NCBI GenBank assembly: GCA_963845515.1
Contig: CAWJSR010000016.1
Coordinates: 1 to 25,990, forward strand
DNA: 25,990 nt
Reading direction: 5' to 3'
DNA from: an uncultured delta proteobacterium
GTDB taxonomy: Bacteria; Myxococcota; Myxococcia; Myxococcales; Anaeromyxobacteraceae
Part shown: piece by piece, positions 1 through 7,251 of the stretch
Layout: each line of letters begins with the position of its first letter
Position numbering within the stretch: position 1 is the stretch's first letter
Notes under the pieces: model-generated
What the model saw: the letters and a program-made list of their open reading frames with translations, nothing else
Database searches by the model: none
What the model was told of the DNA's origin: nothing
Made by a program: the position numbers and the translations under genes

Positions 1-453
1 CCATCCAACGCGCTGCTTTTCACCGCCTGACAGCTCGGATGGGTAGCGGTCGCGCTTACCCGACAGTCCCACGATCGCGAGCATGGGCTCCGCGGCCGCC
101 AGGGCGGCATCCCGGGCCGCGCCGGCCAACTCCAGCGGCAGGGCCACGTTGTCCAGCACGGTGCGCGAGGAGAGAAGGTTGAAGTGCTGGAAGATCATCC
201 CGATGGCATGGCGGGCCTCGCGCAACTCCCGGCCCCGCAGCGCCGTGATCTCCTTCCCGGCCACCGAGACGCGCCCCGCGGTCGGGCGCTCCAGGAGGTT
301 GACGCAGCGGACCAGCGTGCTCTTGCCCGCACCGCTGCGTCCGATGATTCCGAAGATCTCCCCGGAGCGGATGGAGAGCGAAACTCCTTCAGCACCTCCA
401 CGGCGCCGCCGTCCCCGCGAAAGGTCTTCCTCAGTTCGTGGATTCTCAATCAT
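1..453 (-). CDS. metN: Methionine ABC transporter ATP-binding protein, 5' part (runs off the window edge; at least two single-base indels near 445 and 385)
   Basis: Frame-corrected translation reads [11 protein letters not shown]...[30 protein letters not shown]...[28 protein letters not shown]...[14 protein letters not shown]: Walker A, Q-loop and ABC signature in typical MetN wording. ATG at 453 has GGAG just upstream. Confidence 0.9.
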   Translation of the reverse strand, partial: MIENPRTEEDLSRGRRRRGGAEGVSLSIRSGEIFGIIGRSGAGKSTLVRCVNLLERPTAGRVSVAGKEITALRGRELREARHAIGMIFQHFNLLSSRTVLDNVALPLELAGAARDAALAAAEPMLAIVGLSGKRDRYPSELSGGEKQRVGW

Positions 454-490
454 GCACTCCGCCTCTGTTTCGACCACCCTCACGGCATCC

Positions 491-519
491 GTTATGCCGG
501 ACGTTCCTCCGCAGGTCAA
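491..519 (-). promoter_or_regulatory. Putative sigma70 promoter of metN (TTGACC-N17-CATAAC)
   Basis: Minus strand has TTGACC (519-514), a 17-nt spacer and CATAAC (496-491), ending about 40 nt upstream of the metN ATG. Confidence 0.55.
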
Positions 520-680
520 TCATGGGGCGACGCAGGCTGAGACATGGCGCACGACGCGCGCATCGAATCGCCCGCAGCGCCGCCCCGGTCGCGCGGCGCG
601 CTGCGTCGACGGCATCAAGCTCGTGGAAGTCGCCAGGGCCAGGTCGCGGAGGGAGCGCGTCTCCGGTGTGACCGTAGATG

Positions 681-965
681 TCAGTGGATTCCCAGCGGTC
701 GCCTTGGTGTCGAGCCGCGCCAGGACTCCTTCAGATTGCCTGGGTCCTCTTCCACCGCTGGACTCTGCTCCCGGTCCACCTTCCGCACCGACGGTTCGTC
801 TTGCGGCGCCGCCGACTTGCAGTTGCAGCACCTCCGCGTGTCGTGGCACGGCTCCCCCTTGGCGCCGGGGGACAATGCTTGAGCAGTGTCGCTCGCGAGC
901 GCCGGAGTGGCGAACGCGGCTGACGCGATGGCGATCGTCGCAAATAGGAACTTGCGGGGTGACAT
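681..965 (-). CDS. Small secreted hypothetical protein (94 aa) with a Cys cluster
   Basis: ATG at 965 with GAGGT RBS. Sec-type signal peptide MSPRKFLFATIAIASAAFATPALA, followed by CHDTRRCCNC. The C-terminus is uncertain because this end of the window has indels. Confidence 0.65.
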   Translation of the reverse strand: MSPRKFLFATIAIASAAFATPALASDTAQALSPGAKGEPCHDTRRCCNCKSAAPQDEPSVRKVDREQSPAVEEDPGNLKESWRGSTPRRPLGIH

Positions 966-1030
966 GGCGACCTCACATGCCGGCACTTGTTTCGCGTGCG
1001 CCCGGCCGGCGTGGGCGCCTTGACTGAACA

Positions 1031-1046
1031 AGCATAGCGCAGGCCA
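1031..1046 (-). promoter_or_regulatory. Putative sigma54 (-24/-12) promoter
   Basis: Minus strand TGGCCTGCGCTATGCT fits GG-N10-GC with exact spacing and lies about 65 nt upstream of the ATG at 965. Confidence 0.5.
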
Positions 1047-1237
1047 CACTGGAGTCGTCTCGCACTCGCCGAAGCCCTTTGGGTGCATGCCCTGGAGTCA
1101 AAGGACATCAGCTAATCCGTTTCGGGCGGCTCATCCTGGGTGCTCGGGTACTATGGTTGGCGGGCCGCGGGCCGCGTGGAGCAGCGCCATGACGCTCGAT
1201 GATTCCTCGTCCCCCCTGCATCCGTGACGGAGGCACC

Positions 1238-1537
1238 GTGAAGCTTCAAGTCCTGATGAGCCCCGGCTGCGGCCACGGACGGCTCACGGTCGACCTGATG
1301 GCACAGGTCGTGCGCGAGCTGGCGCTGCCCGATGCGGTGGAGACGATCCAGGTCTCTACGCTCGAGGAGGCGGAGCGGCTCGGCTTCCCGGGTTCGCCCA
1401 CGGTCCGGGTGAACGGCGTCGACATCGAGCCGCAGGCGCCGACCAGAGTCGGCCTCGGTTGACGCCTCTACGGCCTCGCGGGCGTGCCCCCGCGAACCCT
1501 CATCGAGATCGCAGTGCGCGCGGCGCTGTCCGGGTAG
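1238..1537 (+). CDS. Thioredoxin-fold putative selenoprotein, 99 aa, Sec at codon 75 (TGA 1460-1462)
   Basis: GTG start with GGAGG RBS (1229-1233). Motifs PGCGH and FPGSPTVRVNGVDIE, then GLG-TGA-RLYGLAGVPP...AALSG-TAG. The TGA sits where this family has Cys (xCRxY...GxP). The read-through frame stops 1 bp from the stop of the convergent gene. Confidence 0.8.
1476..1495 (+). promoter_or_regulatory. Putative bacterial SECIS hairpin
   Basis: 7-bp perfect stem TCGCGGG/CCCGCGA with loop CGTGCC (contains GT). The loop starts 21 nt after the in-frame TGA, a position typical of bacterial SECIS elements. Confidence 0.6.
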
Positions 1538-1538
1538 C

Positions 1539-2213
1539 CTACCGGGCAGCGAGCCGCAGCGTCGTGCGGAGGCTGTCCACGAGCTGCGAGGTGGCCTTGC
1601 GCACGGCGCCACTCACGAAGTCGTGCCACGGGCTCTTCTCGTCGCCGCCTGCGCCGCCGAGCTCCTTGGCCGGGCTCTCCACCCAGCGCGCGTGGATCTG
1701 CTTCCCGTCCACCTCGACGTCGATGACGACCACGAGCGGCGAGTAGGGGGTGGTGCGCTCCTTGCCGGTGAAGCCTCCCCGGAGGTCGTCGGCCTTGCAG
1801 CCGTGGACCGACGTGTCGTTCATGAGGCCGGCGACGAGCCCCTTCTGGCTGGAGGCCACCCCCTTCCGCAGCGCCTCCGCGCGGTTCAGGTGGATGGTGT
1901 AGTTGCGCAGCACCACCGTCTTGCCCGCCAGCGCGGCGCCGAGCGCACGGTCGAGGTCGCTCCGCAGCACCGCCACGCGATCGGGGGTGAACTCCTCGTC
2001 GCCGATCCGGTAGATGCCGTAGGCGCAGCTGGTCACCATCAGGGACTCGATGGCCGAGTCCTTCTGGAGGGGATGCCGCGCGTCGCGCCAGGCCAGGCGC
2101 GCGCCGGGGAGGAGCTCGTCGTGGCGGAGGCTGGTCCTGAACGGGTGACAGCCGCCCAGCGCGGCGGCGCCGGCGACAATCAGGGCGAGGCGAAGCGAGG
2201 ACGATCGGAGCAT
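1539..2213 (-). CDS. Hypothetical lipoprotein (224 aa)
   Basis: ATG at 2213 with GGGGA upstream. Signal peptide and lipobox LALIVAGAAALGG-C. Strong GC3 codon bias; no recognisable catalytic motif. Confidence 0.8.
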   Translation of the reverse strand: MLRSSSLRLALIVAGAAALGGCHPFRTSLRHDELLPGARLAWRDARHPLQKDSAIESLMVTSCAYGIYRIGDEEFTPDRVAVLRSDLDRALGAALAGKTVVLRNYTIHLNRAEALRKGVASSQKGLVAGLMNDTSVHGCKADDLRGGFTGKERTTPYSPLVVVIDVEVDGKQIHARWVESPAKELGGAGGDEKSPWHDFVSGAVRKATSQLVDSLRTTLRLAAR

Positions 2214-2391
2214 GAGTGGATCCCCTGGGAGACGAGCGAGCCCGGGCGCTCCCGGGCGCCGAAGTATCCTGATTACCGAGGGTGATTTCCAGCGCAAAGG
2301 CGCGAGCCTCGGCGTGGGGCGGGGGGTGAAGTAGAATGGGGACCAGGCGGCTGAAGGTCCGGGCGCCGTGCACCGTGGGTGGGGACACCTC

Positions 2392-5022
2392 ATGCGGATC
2401 ATCGAGCCTCTCGCAGCGTGCCTCCTGACGGCGGCCTGCGCGACGTCCACGGCGAACCAGTACTACGACGCCTCCGCGGCGGACGCGCTGCCGAAGCGCG
2501 CGCTCGGCGCGGAGGGGAGCGGCGTCGACGAGGGGGAGAGCGTCAACGGGCGCCTGCCCGAGACCGTCTTCATCAAGACCGCGACCCAGACCATCTGCCG
2601 CGGCTACCAGTTCAACCTCGTCGACGGGCGCATCTACTACAAGCAGGCCGGCGCCGCTCCCAGGGAGGTCTGGCGCCCGCTGACCGGCACCGGCCTGCCA
2701 CACGGGTCGGCGCGCGGCTTCCGCAACGCACGCCGCGTCGTGTCCATCGCGGCCGACGCCGACGAGCTCTACGCGATCTCCGACGAGGGGGTGGTCTACC
2801 TGCTCTTCGTCGAGCGCGCGCGCAAGCAGAAGCCGTTCGAGTGGATCGACCGGCACGGCTGGCCGGACGCGTCGCCCCTCGTGCTGAACGAGCTGGTCGC
2901 GCCGCAGCGGGCCTGGAGCGTCGGGACCCGCGACGCGGGGGTGCTCTGGTACGAGGACGCGGCCGGCAACCAGCACCACTACGGCACGATGGGGATCGCC
3001 ACGCTCTACTTCCTCTCGACCGACGGCCAGGAGATACGGTTCGCGGACACTGGCCTCCCCAGCGACTTCTCCCACAGCATGCTCGGGCCCGAGCGTGGGG
3101 CCTTCGTGTCGCTCGCGCTCAGCGCCAGCGCCTCCACGATGTTCGTCATCGGCGACGCGGGGGAGATGTACACGCGCCTGGCCGACTTCGACACGCTCGG
3201 CTCCGACCCCATGTTCTTCAAGTACACGTACGGGCGTGAGCGCTCGGATCGCGCTGGCACCGACTACGTGTCGAACTTCACCCCGTGGGCCCTGCCCGCC
3301 GAGCCGTGGCGCAAGCAGCCGCCCATCCCGCTGTCCGGCGCCGGCGCCATCTCCAGGCACATCACGATCCTCCAGACCGGCCGCGGCAACGGCGCGCGGG
3401 AGCTGCGCGTGGCAGGGCGCTCGCCGGAGGGCGCGCCGGGCTACTACTTCAAGGGCATCTTCGACGCCGAGTGGAAGTTCCTCCCCGCGCCCCTCGAGAT
3501 CGATCCGGCGCATCTCCTCGACCCGAAGCGGGTCGCGAGCGGGCGAGGCACGCGCGGCCCGAGGCTGGACTGGGCGCTCGGCGGCTCGCTGTGGCGCAAC
3601 GGGAAGAAGGAGCCCGGCCTGTCGCTCGCCATCCCGGACTTCTCGATCCGGGAGGGCTCGAGCACCTTGAGGGTGTCGCTCGGTGGCGAGCGCGTCGATC
3701 TCGAGCTCCACACCGTGGACATGTGGACGTACGTCAAGCGCCACAACCCCGGCTTCGACGGGACCCCCAAGCTCTTCCACGCCACGCTGGTCATCCCCGC
3801 CGGCGCGCTCGACCGGGTCTCGGCCGCGCTGCGCGACCGCGTGAAGAAGGTCTTCGGCCCGCTCGACGGCTCGCTCTTCGCGCTGAAGGCCGAGGCGACC
3901 GAGAAGTACCTCCTGATCGAGCCCGCTGCCGGCGGCCTCGACCTGTCCGGCCCGCTCGGCCTGCCCGGCCTCCTGAACATGTCCGGCCTCTCCGGCCGGT
4001 CCGGCCGCTTCGGCCTGTCCGGCCAGCCGTACCTCCTCCTCACGAGGCCCGGGCAGGAGAGCGCGGACGTGAGCGTGCTCAGGAACCTCTCGGCCGCGGG
4101 CTCGGAGCAGCTCGACAGGTACCTGTCCGACGAGCTCGTCCTGAAGGAGCCCGACGCGCTGACGGCGTCGCGGCGAGGGGAGCTCGCGGGCCTGATCCAG
4201 CGGAACGAGCGCTTCCGCAAGGAGCTGGAGACCGAGCGCAAGCTCTTCCGCTCCTACGGCCGGAGCGCCGCGCTGTCCCGCTGGGGCTACTCGGTCTTCG
4301 ACGTGGTCACGACCTTCACGCTCCTCGACCGCATCGACTTCCCCAAGTTCAAGACGGTGACCAGCCACGGCGACGACATCATGAGGGCCAATGCCAAGGC
4401 CTACAGCTTCATGGCCTCCACCAAGGAGAGGGCCTACTCGAAGCTGATCGACCTGCTGGAGCGTCGGCTCTCCGCCTACCGGGACGCGCTCGAGGAGCTG
4501 GAGGACGGCGCGCCACGGGCCGCGCTTCCAGCCGGGTACCGCGAGACCTACGCCGGATATCTCGAGCTCGTAGGCATACCGCCTTTCCTCCGGGGCACGT
4601 CGCCCGCGCAGGACGGCCGAACGGCCTCCGTGTACGGCCTGGCGAACGCCCCCCTCTTCCCGGGGCTCGTGCTCGCCGTCGGTCCCCCGGGCGCCGGCCC
4701 AGCCGAGGCCGACGCCGTCGCGATCGTCGTGCTCGACGATCTGCCCAGGGCGGTGCTGTCGTGGAGCAGCCGCGGTCCTGCGGCCGCGCCCTTCCGCGTC
4801 AAGGGGAGGCTCCAGGGAGTGCTCCATCGCGGCAACGGCGAGACCGAGCAGCTCGACGACGACCGGGCCGTCGTCGAGTGGGATGGCTCGACCTTGACCA
4901 TCTGGCGCGATGGCTGCTTCCGCTCGAAGGAGAAGATCTTCGTGGGGCGGGCCGAGGACCGCCCGCAGGCTGCGGCTCGCCCCGAGGGGAGCCCGGAGAG
5001 CGGGAGCACGGAACACCAGTGA
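2392..5022 (+). CDS. Large hypothetical lipoprotein (876 aa)
   Basis: ATG at 2392 with lipobox LLTAA-C. Uninterrupted frame with native codon bias. Trp/Gly/aromatic-rich N-terminal half and a helical segment near residues 570-720. TAGAAT -10-like hexamer at 2332-2337. Confidence 0.85.
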   Translation: MRIIEPLAACLLTAACATSTANQYYDASAADALPKRALGAEGSGVDEGESVNGRLPETVFIKTATQTICRGYQFNLVDGRIYYKQAGAAPREVWRPLTGTGLPHGSARGFRNARRVVSIAADADELYAISDEGVVYLLFVERARKQKPFEWIDRHGWPDASPLVLNELVAPQRAWSVGTRDAGVLWYEDAAGNQHHYGTMGIATLYFLSTDGQEIRFADTGLPSDFSHSMLGPERGAFVSLALSASASTMFVIGDAGEMYTRLADFDTLGSDPMFFKYTYGRERSDRAGTDYVSNFTPWALPAEPWRKQPPIPLSGAGAISRHITILQTGRGNGARELRVAGRSPEGAPGYYFKGIFDAEWKFLPAPLEIDPAHLLDPKRVASGRGTRGPRLDWALGGSLWRNGKKEPGLSLAIPDFSIREGSSTLRVSLGGERVDLELHTVDMWTYVKRHNPGFDGTPKLFHATLVIPAGALDRVSAALRDRVKKVFGPLDGSLFALKAEATEKYLLIEPAAGGLDLSGPLGLPGLLNMSGLSGRSGRFGLSGQPYLLLTRPGQESADVSVLRNLSAAGSEQLDRYLSDELVLKEPDALTASRRGELAGLIQRNERFRKELETERKLFRSYGRSAALSRWGYSVFDVVTTFTLLDRIDFPKFKTVTSHGDDIMRANAKAYSFMASTKERAYSKLIDLLERRLSAYRDALEELEDGAPRAALPAGYRETYAGYLELVGIPPFLRGTSPAQDGRTASVYGLANAPLFPGLVLAVGPPGAGPAEADAVAIVVLDDLPRAVLSWSSRGPAAAPFRVKGRLQGVLHRGNGETEQLDDDRAVVEWDGSTLTIWRDGCFRSKEKIFVGRAEDRPQAAARPEGSPESGSTEHQ
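3943..4023 (+). repeat. Degenerate 9-bp tandem repeat (9 units, consensus about CTGTCCGGC) inside the large lipoprotein
   Basis: Units: ctgtccggc ccgctcggc ctgcccggc ctcctgaac atgtccggc ctctccggc cggtccggc cgcttcggc ctgtccggc, encoding LSG PLG LPG LLN MSG LSG RSG RFG LSG. Confidence 0.7.
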
Positions 5023-5140
5023 GTCCGCTCTGCGCTGCGGCAAGTTGTTCGAACGCGTCGGTCGACGGCCCCTCAGCTCGGGATATAGTCGCTCGCCCAA
5101 TCGCGGGGCGCTCCACCAATCCCGCCCGGAGGCTCACACC

Positions 5141-6019
5141 ATGCGTATCGCTCTCCTCGCCGCGCTGCTCACCACGTTCGGGACCGCTGCCGTCGCCCAG
5201 GACCGCCCACCCATGCGCCCAGGCAGGCCGGGCAGGCACGGACCGCGCGGCGGCGGCCCCGGGGGAGCGCCTGACGCGGCGCGGCTCTGCGCGGCGAGGA
5301 ACAACGTCCTCGCTACCGAGCGGAGCCGCTACGAGAGCTACAAGTCCGACGTCGTCGGCATCGAGAGCGAGCTGACCCAGCTCGGACGCCGGATCGACGA
5401 CCTCCGGCGGCAGCGCGACGAGGCGAAGCGGAACCTCGCCTACTCCGAGACGCGCTTCAAGGGCATGGAGCAGCAGTACGCGCGGGACTGCACCGCCAGC
5501 GAGGACTGCAACCTCTACGACACCCAGGCGGCGACGCTCGACCGGCAGACCACCGACATCGAGGCCAAGCTCGAGCGGGTGCGTGAGGAGATCAGGACCA
5601 ACCGCGGCGCCATCGCGGACCTCGAGCGGAGCATCGGACCGCTGCAGCGCGAGTACGACGACAAGCGGTGCAACGCGCTCGTGCCCGGCGAGACGGAGCA
5701 GGTCGTCATCGATCGCTGCACGGGGATCTTCAGCGAGTGGAACCGGCTGCAGTCCGACCTCAACCGCCAGAACGGCCGCGTGCCCGACCTCCGGAGCCGG
5801 TTCGAGCAGCTCTTCGCCGAGCTGAAGACCCTGGAGTCGCGCGCCACTGGCTACGAGACGTACCTGGCCAAGAACTGCACCTCCAGCCCGCAGATCGTGA
5901 AGATGAGGGGCTTCGGCGACCGCCGCGTCAGGGCGAGAACGGTCGGCGACGATCTCGATCAGCTCGTCGGCGACATCAAGAAGCTCCGCGGCGTGAAGAT
6001 CACCGTCAGCCCGCGGTAG
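5141..6019 (+). CDS. Secreted coiled-coil protein with six Cys (292 aa)
   Basis: ATG at 5141 with GGAGG RBS. Signal peptide MRIALLAALLTTFGTAAVA, a Pro/Gly linker, then heptad-like helices punctuated by Cys. Confidence 0.85.
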   Translation: MRIALLAALLTTFGTAAVAQDRPPMRPGRPGRHGPRGGGPGGAPDAARLCAARNNVLATERSRYESYKSDVVGIESELTQLGRRIDDLRRQRDEAKRNLAYSETRFKGMEQQYARDCTASEDCNLYDTQAATLDRQTTDIEAKLERVREEIRTNRGAIADLERSIGPLQREYDDKRCNALVPGETEQVVIDRCTGIFSEWNRLQSDLNRQNGRVPDLRSRFEQLFAELKTLESRATGYETYLAKNCTSSPQIVKMRGFGDRRVRARTVGDDLDQLVGDIKKLRGVKITVSPR

Positions 6020-6036
6020 CTGGTCCTGGCGGTGTG

Positions 6037-6069
6037 GAAGCCCTCGGGACCTTCGGTCCCGGGGGCTTC
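6037..6069. terminator. Strong hairpin between convergent genes (probable bidirectional terminator)
   Basis: GAAGCCCTCGGGACC-TTC-GGTCCCGGGGGCTTC forms a 15-bp stem with one G-U pair, between the stops at 6019 (+) and 6077 (-). Confidence 0.75.
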
Positions 6070-6076
6070 TGCGCGT

Positions 6077-6427
6077 CTACTTCCTGCTGGCCCCCGGCCT
6101 CCACCCGTACCGCTCGAGCGCCACCCTCCCGCGGGCGTCGAACGCGACCCCCTCGTCCTCGAGCAGCTTCTGCTGCACGGCGGCCCCGATCGGATCGAGG
6201 ATCGAGACGGCGGCGTGACCGCGGGGGCGCGCGCCGAGGACGCGCTGCCAGGGGACGTCGCTGCGAGTGCCGCGCAGGGCCGCGAGCGCGTACCCGACCT
6301 GCCGCGCGCCGCGAGGCCTGCCCGCCAGCGCCGCGATCGCACCGTAGGTGGTCACCTTGCCGCGCGGCACGCGCCGCACGATCCGGTAGATCGAGGCCCA
6401 GCCGGCCGGCTCCAGGCGCGGGGGCAC
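6077..6427 (-). CDS. atl: Alkyltransferase-like protein (ATL, MGMT family)
   Basis: VPRGKVTTYGAIAALAG.PRGARQVG HTH motif. PWQRV replaces the catalytic PCHRV, and the Trp-for-Cys change defines ATLs. Ends with QQKLLEDEGV. Confidence 0.88.
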   Translation of the reverse strand: MPPRLEPAGWASIYRIVRRVPRGKVTTYGAIAALAGRPRGARQVGYALAALRGTRSDVPWQRVLGARPRGHAAVSILDPIGAAVQQKLLEDEGVAFDARGRVALERYGWRPGASRK

Positions 6428-6430
6428 GGC

Positions 6431-7141
6431 TCACCTCTCCGACACGACCCACTCCCGCGGCGCGAGGATCCGGTCCCACCAGATTCCGCCCTCGGCCCTT
6501 CGCCCCGCTGCCACGAACATGCACACCTCCGCGCCGCGCGGCAGCCTGAGCAGTCGCCGCGCCCGCCAGGGATCGAACCCCTCGATCGGACAGGAGTCGT
6601 ATCCCTCGGCGCGGAGCGCCAGCATGAAGGTCGCCGCCGCGAGCGCCGTCGACTTATGGGTCACGACGCGGTGGTCGCAGGCGCCGCCGAGGTCCGGCGT
6701 CGGCCGGAAGAGCGAGGCCACTCGGCTCACCCCGGTCTTGAGGACTCCGAGGAGGCCGAGCGGCCCGTTGCTGGCGGCGAGCGGAACCAGCGTCCTCCAG
6801 TAGCGCTCGTGGCTCTTGCGGAGCAGGCCGCGCGCCCTGAGCGTCTCCAGGATGAACGGGGCGCGCGTCCGCCACGCCCGCGAGTGCGCCACGATCGCCA
6901 CCAGCAGCGGCGCCTCCTTCACCGACCGCTGACCGAGGCAGACCGCGTTGAGCGCTGCCCTCAGGGCGGGGTCGGTGACGATGACGAACTCCCATGGCTG
7001 GAGGTTGCTCGAGCTTGGCGCGCGGAGGGCGCTGTCGAGGCAGCGGTCCAGCACCTCGCGGGGAACGGGCTCGCGGAGGAAGGCGCGAACCGACCGGCGC
7101 TCCTCGACGACCCTGTGGAAGACGGCTGCGTCGGGTGTCAT
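6431..7141 (-). CDS. Nitroreductase family flavoprotein
   Basis: Motifs RRSVRAF, APSSSNLQPWEF and GYDSCPIEGFD. ATG at 7141 with GAGG upstream. Confidence 0.92.
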   Translation of the reverse strand: MTPDAAVFHRVVEERRSVRAFLREPVPREVLDRCLDSALRAPSSSNLQPWEFVIVTDPALRAALNAVCLGQRSVKEAPLLVAIVAHSRAWRTRAPFILETLRARGLLRKSHERYWRTLVPLAASNGPLGLLGVLKTGVSRVASLFRPTPDLGGACDHRVVTHKSTALAAATFMLALRAEGYDSCPIEGFDPWRARRLLRLPRGAEVCMFVAAGRRAEGGIWWDRILAPREWVVSER

Positions 7142-7251
7142 CGGGATCCTCTCGACGGGCAGTGTACGCGATCCCGTGCAGCACCTCGCGCGACCTGGAG
7201 AGGGCGGGTATCCCTGGCAAGTCCGCTCCTCTAGTATCGCGAGCGCCCACC

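Noticed and set aside
454..680. SAM riboswitch upstream of metN
   Set aside because: No SAM-I/II core motifs seen, and the predicted promoter leaves too short a leader.
1095..1140. Possible fluoride riboswitch on the minus strand (GGATGAG...GCTGATG)
   Set aside because: No P1 stem or pseudoknot complement could be formed, and the downstream gene is not fluoride related.
1199..1462. 87-aa ORF ending at TGA as the real gene or a pseudogene
   Set aside because: The RBS supports GTG 1238, and the family-like C-terminus plus hairpin favour Sec read-through.
3943..4023. CRISPR array or collagen domain
   Set aside because: Contiguous 9-bp units without spacers, and too short and Pro-poor for a collagen helix.
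1468..5100. 1210-aa minus-strand ORF
   Set aside because: Mostly antisense shadow of the 876-aa lipoprotein and off-frame over the 224-aa lipoprotein. High-GC DNA lacks stops in these frames and the product has no motifs.
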